DNA of 51,256 bases, taken from positions 1-51,256 of the IMG/VR virus record IMGVR_UViG_3300049924_000165; one strand, given 5' to 3'. Under the pieces are notes generated by a model. That model did not search any database. It worked only from the letters and a program-made list of their open reading frames with translations, and was not told the DNA's origin. Shown one piece after another: positions 47,005-51,256 of the stretch (its first letter is position 1; every line of letters begins with the position of its first letter). The stretch is from a virus (lineage: Duplodnaviria; Caudoviricetes). A program made the position numbers and the translations under genes.

Positions 47005-47105
47005 TGCGGGCGGCAAGATTCGAACTTGCATGGCTGTTGCTCGACGCGTTAGTCGCAGCCGGCGGATTCCTGGTCCGCTGTGTATGCCGATTCCACCACG
47101 CCCGC
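47005..47105 (-). tRNA. Atypical tRNA (Leu-type body, anticodon AGG, extended variable arm)
   Basis: Acceptor stem GCGGGCG/CGCCCGC-A; D-arm GTGGAATCGGCATACAC; anticodon arm GCGGA-CCAGGAA-TCCGC; T-arm GCAAG-TTCGAAT-CTTGC; no encoded CCA. Confidence 0.75.
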
Positions 47106-47129
47106 GTTATCGCCTATATCCGCAGCGCT

Positions 47130-47591
47130 TTACGACTTCCCAAATCCCTCCGGTATTTCGTCTGACGCATGCGCTGAGCCGGTCGCGTCCAGGGTTATCA
47201 AAGCAAAGGTGTTAGGCGCTGTTTTCTTGAAGCCAATGCCCTCTCTTGCGTAACGTGAGAGCGTCCCGACTAGGGCAAGCTTAGCCTTCTTATCTCCAGA
47301 TTTTCCCATTCTTTCAAGTATTTGATCAGCATGCATCGGTGCGGCATGTTTTTCCAGTATTACGCGCACGATCTCCGGAGTGCTCCCCTTTCTGAACTCC
47401 ACGTTTCGTCCATCTGATCCACTACTGGAGGCCTCATCCCTCTGCACCCTTGGCAGGATGTCTTGAAGCCCAGCGATATATGCTCTTGCAGCCTCCTTCT
47501 TCATGTGAAGTGACTGAATTTCTTGTTCTATTTCAGTTACTTCCGATTCTTTAGCGCGAATTCGCTTTAGTATATCCTGTAGCAACCCCAT
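47130..47591 (-). CDS. Coiled-coil plus winged-helix protein (IS cargo)
   Basis: N-terminal coiled coil; ILEKHAAPMHADQILERMG...LVGTLSRY...FKKTAPNTFAL. Confidence 0.7.
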   Translation of the reverse strand: MGLLQDILKRIRAKESEVTEIEQEIQSLHMKKEAARAYIAGLQDILPRVQRDEASSSGSDGRNVEFRKGSTPEIVRVILEKHAAPMHADQILERMGKSGDKKAKLALVGTLSRYAREGIGFKKTAPNTFALITLDATGSAHASDEIPEGFGKS

Positions 47592-47715
47592 AGGACCCCC
47601 ATCAAAGTTCATGCCATTTTGTGCCGAATGGCAAAACATGTCAATAGATGACAGTATATTGGATTGCCATTTCTGCGGTAAACTGCAAATTCTCGACACT
47701 TGCTGAGCGACCACC

Positions 47716-48525
47716 ATGAGCACCGAACTTTCCACGCTAGTAAGCAATCTCAATTCCGTCAAGCGTACCGCAATAAACGGGGCAGAGTATTGGATGGCCC
47801 GCGACATTCTTCGGCCGCTGGGGTATCTGACATGGGAAAGCTTTGCCAAAGTTATCGAGCGAGCAAAGTTAGCTTGTGAAAGTGCTGGAACATCTCCTAG
47901 TAACCATTTTCGTGACACCACGAAAAAGGTTGAGATAGGAAGCGGGGCGCTTTCGGAGAGGGCGGATTGCTATCTCTCACGATATGCGTGCTATCTCGTC
48001 GCAATGAATGGCGATACTCGAAAGGCAGAAATAGGGATCGCACAAACCTATTTTGCCGTTCAGACTCGACGCCAAGAGCTTCAAGATCAATCTACATCGC
48101 TGGAAAAACGACTAGAACTTCGCCAGCGTGTAGCTGTTGCCAATATTGCTCTTGGAAGCGCCGCCAAAGCAGCCGGTGTACAGCGATATGGTCTATTTCA
48201 AGATGCTGGGTATCGTGGTCTCTACGGCATGGGGCTAGGGGACATAAAAAAACGCAAGAATATCGAGGGTGATTTGCTTGATCACGCTGGGAGAGTCGAA
48301 CTTGCAGCAAATGAGTTTCGTATCACACAAACGGAACAAAAAATAGTCAATGAACACGTCCAGGGCGAGCAGAACGCTGTTATCACTCATAAGACGGTTG
48401 CGGCAGAGGTCCGAGCAACTATCAAGAAATTAGGGGGGACGATGCCGGAGGACCTTTCACCAGAGCCGTCATTGAAAAAGCTGATTCAAGCCAAAAAAAC
48501 TAAACAATTGCCTAAAGCTAAGTAG
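47716..48525 (+). CDS. dinD: DNA damage-inducible protein D family (BRO-N domain)
   Basis: EYWMARD...LGY..W..F..VI.RA..AC, LSRYACYLVAMNGD.RK.EI..AQTYFAVQTRRQE, ELAANEFRITQTE, GGTMPEDL. Confidence 0.88.
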   Translation: MSTELSTLVSNLNSVKRTAINGAEYWMARDILRPLGYLTWESFAKVIERAKLACESAGTSPSNHFRDTTKKVEIGSGALSERADCYLSRYACYLVAMNGDTRKAEIGIAQTYFAVQTRRQELQDQSTSLEKRLELRQRVAVANIALGSAAKAAGVQRYGLFQDAGYRGLYGMGLGDIKKRKNIEGDLLDHAGRVELAANEFRITQTEQKIVNEHVQGEQNAVITHKTVAAEVRATIKKLGGTMPEDLSPEPSLKKLIQAKKTKQLPKAK

Positions 48526-48556
48526 CTTAGCCCCTTTCCGTAAGTACATACTGTCG

Positions 48557-49057
48557 GACCCGGTAACGGCAATGCAGCGCACCAAGGCGCTCGGTCTGCT
48601 TTACAAGCAGATCAAGAAGGACTCCGCCATGTCCCGCATGGGAATCCCGGATTACGTGGTGACGATGCGTAAACCAGGCGAGAACGCCCATCGCGTAACG
48701 CACACTCCTGATGATCTACCGGTGAGCGAATGGCAGAAAATTGCCAGCCCGATCTGGATGGACATAAATCCATCCGACACGCTGCAATTCAGATCCGCTC
48801 GCGAACACAAAGACGAGCGGCACATCTGCCCGCTACAGCTTGAAGTGATTCGGCGCTGTATGCGGCTCTGGTCTAATCCTGGCGATTTGGTTTTCAGTCC
48901 GTTTTCTGGAATCGGAAGCGAAGGATTCATTGCATTGCAAATGCAGCGAAAATTCTTGGGCGCGGAATTGAAGAGCAGTTATTGGGAGCAGGCTTGGCGT
49001 AATCTGGATCAGGCGAAGCAGGAGCAATGCGGACTGTTCGCGGAAGAATCGGCATGA
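48557..49057 (+). pseudogene. C-terminal fragment of an N4/N6 DNA methyltransferase
   Basis: DPVTAMQRTKALGLL, HICPLQL, WSNPGDLVFSPFSGIGSEG (FxGxG). No catalytic SPPF/DPPY motif; the frame begins at the IS end. Confidence 0.8.
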
Positions 49058-49067
49058 TTAAAAATGC

Positions 49068-49241
49068 ATGAACGACGTCGACCTCGAGCGCGATATCGAA
49101 CTGGCCAAGCGTGAATTTGACGCCGCGGTTGGCCGGCCGGAGGAAGTGAAAGCAGCGTGGGCGAAACTCTCTGCGCTGGTCAAGCGGCGCGGTGACCAGT
49201 TCGCAGAGCAACAAGCGAGCGAAACCCAGGATTCATGCTAG
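49068..49241 (+). CDS. Small hypothetical protein
   Basis: MNDVDLERDIELAKREF..., 57 aa. Confidence 0.45.
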   Translation: MNDVDLERDIELAKREFDAAVGRPEEVKAAWAKLSALVKRRGDQFAEQQASETQDSC

Positions 49242-49265
49242 GATTATGCATCCCGCTTTGCGGGT

Positions 49266-49341
49266 GCCGGGACAGGGGTAGCTCCCCGCTCCGCTCACAG
49301 TAGTCGGCCCTCCCCGGCGGACTGTGACCGAGCTTACCGGC
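49266..49341 (+). ncRNA. Structured RNA resembling c4 antisense RNA
   Basis: Closing stem GCCGG/CCGGC, hairpin GGGG-TAGCT-CCCC, stems GCTC/GAGC and CACAGT/ACTGTG; directly upstream of the replication gene. Confidence 0.5.
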
Positions 49342-49351
49342 GTAGTTATTC

Positions 49352-50074
49352 ATGGGAGGGTTGGTGCCAGACAGAATCATTCGCGACGAGTTGCTGGAAT
49401 CAGATCGCTGGCTCGATTTACCGACCGATGCATCGCGCTTGGCGTTCGTGGGGTTTCTGCTGGTGTGTGACGACTTCGGGAATTTTGAAGGTGGCCCGCG
49501 GCGCCTGTTCAGGCTGCTACACAAATTCACGCAGATAAAAACCGAGGAAGCTAGCGTTGCCGTGCTCGATGCGTTGATGGCGTGCGATCTGATCCGGCGC
49601 TATGAATCCGACAAGCGCGAGTTGTTCCACATACCCCGTTTCAAGTCCCATCGCCAATACCTGAGCCGCCTATACCCTCCCTCGCCGTGGTGTCCGAAAG
49701 ATACTACACTCGGAAAAGAGAAACGCATAATAAACAAGGGACTTGCAAAAAATGTAGTAACTACGTCGTTACAACGTAGTAACGATGTAGCGGAAGGGGT
49801 TGGGGTTGGGGTTGGGGTTGGGGTAGGGAAGATCAAAAACAACAACAAGGCGCAAGCGCCCTTTGTTCTCCCCGAGTGGGTGCCCCAAAACCAGTGGAAT
49901 GCATGGATCGAGGCTCGAACGAAGCGCCGCAACGCACCGACCGAATGGGCCAAGAAACTCGCTGTGCGCCGGCTTGAGGATCTGAAGGAACGCGGCCACT
50001 CGCCCGCGTTGGTGCTCGCCGAATCAGCGTTCAACGGATGGGCTGGACTGTTCGAGCCAAAAGGAAATAAATGA
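49352..50074 (+). CDS. Phage replication initiator protein
   Basis: N-terminal RIIRDE....D....L....RL.F..LL..CDDFG, (GV)n linker, C-terminal LPEWVP..W.AW...R...NGW.GLF. Confidence 0.75.
   Translation: MGGLVPDRIIRDELLESDRWLDLPTDASRLAFVGFLLVCDDFGNFEGGPRRLFRLLHKFTQIKTEEASVAVLDALMACDLIRRYESDKRELFHIPRFKSHRQYLSRLYPPSPWCPKDTTLGKEKRIINKGLAKNVVTTSLQRSNDVAEGVGVGVGVGVGKIKNNNKAQAPFVLPEWVPQNQWNAWIEARTKRRNAPTEWAKKLAVRRLEDLKERGHSPALVLAESAFNGWAGLFEPKGNK
49796..49828 (+). repeat. (GGGGTT)n tandem repeat
   Basis: Five GGGG tracts plus GGG; encodes GVGVGVGVGVG. Confidence 0.9.
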
Positions 50075-50439
50075 AACGCTGTCCACGTTGCGACGGTGAT
50101 ATCGGAGAACTCGCCATTGCTTGTCGCTGCGGATGGAAAGAGCGAGGCAATTATTCCAAGAAGGATGAGCCAGCGATATTCATGCAATGCGCGCACATGG
50201 GCTGCAACACCTCTGCAATCTGCCGCGTGAAAACGAAAACAGGTTTAGCAGACTTCTGCATTCTGCATTACGAGCAGTTCTACACCGACAAAGCGAGCGC
50301 AACCTGCGAACGACTCGGATTACGTACCACTAAACAAAAGCGCGAATTAGTGCGCAAAACCGTGAAGGAACTATCCCGCAACTTCACTCCCGACTATAAC
50401 CGCCAACCCGGCCAGGATTGGGACGAGCCGATAGCATGA
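50071..50439 (+). CDS. Zn-finger hypothetical protein
   Basis: CPRC...C.CGW and CAHMGC...FC..H. Confidence 0.6.
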   Translation: MKRCPRCDGDIGELAIACRCGWKERGNYSKKDEPAIFMQCAHMGCNTSAICRVKTKTGLADFCILHYEQFYTDKASATCERLGLRTTKQKRELVRKTVKELSRNFTPDYNRQPGQDWDEPIA

Positions 50440-50696
50440 GACGAGCAGCACGAAGGGATACCAACGAACCAGCAATTGTCGCAGCAGCACGCGCCATTGG
50501 CCTGAAAGTGTTCTACACCTCCGAGCTTGGTGACTTGCTCGTTCAGTTCGGAAATGTCACAGAACTTTGGGAAGTTAAAACGGAATCTGGCAAACTCACC
50601 GATACGCAATGCCGCATGCGACAAGCAGGACTTAAAGCGAGAACAGTCCGAGCCATCGAGGACGTGCTACAAGCAAAGCGGGAAATGATGAAATAA
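50436..50696 (+). CDS. VRR-NUC-like PD-(D/E)XK nuclease
   Basis: MRRAARRDTNE..IV, DLLV, EVKT..GKLT..Q. Confidence 0.75.
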   Translation: MRRAARRDTNEPAIVAAARAIGLKVFYTSELGDLLVQFGNVTELWEVKTESGKLTDTQCRMRQAGLKARTVRAIEDVLQAKREMMK

Positions 50697-50709
50697 CCGG
50701 AGTGATAAT

Positions 50710-50907
50710 ATGAAAATCACAATCAATACTGGACGTGCGATCAAACATTCTGCAAAAGCTGGAGCAAAAAAGATAATGCTATATCGTGACCTTATCATTC
50801 GCAGAGACATGACCGAGCGGCACCGATATAGTCAAGGTAAATACCTGCCGCATCAGAACGAAATGGAAATGAGCAGAAGGGTCAGGCAGCGCAGCGTATC
50901 GCGATAG
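50710..50907 (+). CDS. Small basic hypothetical protein
   Basis: GGAG RBS; KYLPHQNE.E..RR. Confidence 0.55.
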   Translation: MKITINTGRAIKHSAKAGAKKIMLYRDLIIRRDMTERHRYSQGKYLPHQNEMEMSRRVRQRSVSR

Positions 50908-50923
50908 GTTTACAATACCCCGC

Positions 50924-51256
50924 ATGGCCAAGCTCTCAACCCTCCGCACCCGCATCATCCTCTCCGACTTCACCAGCCGACTGCGCATCAGGCAACTAGG
51001 CGATACCACGCGCATTCGCGGCACCACGCTGCAGAACATTCGCAAGCAACACTTCGAGCAATGGCCACTGTGCGTAATCTGCCTGCAGCGAACACCACCA
51101 CGCACACGCGCAGCAGTTGAACTCGATCACATCGTGCCACTCCACCTGGGAGGAACCGAGAGCGAGCACAACAGGCAAGGACTATGCATCGATTGCCATA
51201 ACGAGAAAACAATCACGGAACGAGGCGACACACCACGCAAAAGAAAAGGTGGGGGG
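50924..51256 (+). CDS. Packaging-associated HNH endonuclease (HK97 gp74-like), truncated by the window end
   Basis: PLCVIC...ELDHIVPLHLGG....NRQGLCIDCHNEKT; no stop before the edge, so absent from the ORF track. Confidence 0.85.
   Translation, partial: MAKLSTLRTRIILSDFTSRLRIRQLGDTTRIRGTTLQNIRKQHFEQWPLCVICLQRTPPRTRAAVELDHIVPLHLGGTESEHNRQGLCIDCHNEKTITERGDTPRKRKGGG

Larger units (their letters stand above)
45065..48557. mobile_element. IS1595-family transposon with passenger genes
   Basis: 26-bp terminal inverted repeats CCGACAGTATGTACTTAgcGAAAGGG (45065-45090) and 48532-48557 (2 mismatches) enclosing an IS1595 transposase; visibly more AT-rich than the flanks. Confidence 0.9.

Noticed and set aside
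47592-47921. N-terminal extension of the 263-aa track ORF 47130..47921
   Set aside because: Overlaps dinD on the opposite strand; the protein more plausibly starts at 47591 or 47612.
49796-49828. Ciliate-type telomere repeat (TTGGGG) or contamination
   Set aside because: It is short, internal and in frame within the replication gene as a Gly-Val linker.

Overview
The window is an almost complete genome of a tailed dsDNA phage with HK97-like head genes and a non-contractile (siphovirus-type) tail. It starts inside the terminase region and ends inside the packaging HNH gene. 1-34 kb (+ strand) holds the terminase, a ClpP protease-major capsid fusion, the portal, accessory virion proteins, head-tail and tail genes and lysis genes. 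34-44 kb (- strand) holds small early genes plus a RecE-like exonuclease and a Sak4-like ATPase. 44-51 kb (+ strand) holds replication and late genes. I found no integrase and no classical CI repressor. Two things stand out. (1) A 9-kb glycan synthesis and modification cluster (seven glycosyltransferase-like genes, a SAM methyltransferase, a B12-dependent radical SAM enzyme and a GDP-sugar dehydratase) sits between two head-tail joining genes, and a Gly-Ser-Pro tripeptide recurs ten times across capsid, portal, connector and tail proteins. Together these suggest a phage-encoded virion O-glycosylation system with its own sequon (inference). (2) A 3.5-kb IS1595-family cargo transposon carries ClpP-like, DinD and winged-helix genes plus an aberrant tRNA (Leu-type body, AGG anticodon, C33, oversized variable arm), and has truncated the genes on both sides. 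All family calls come from motif recognition by eye; no database searches were run.
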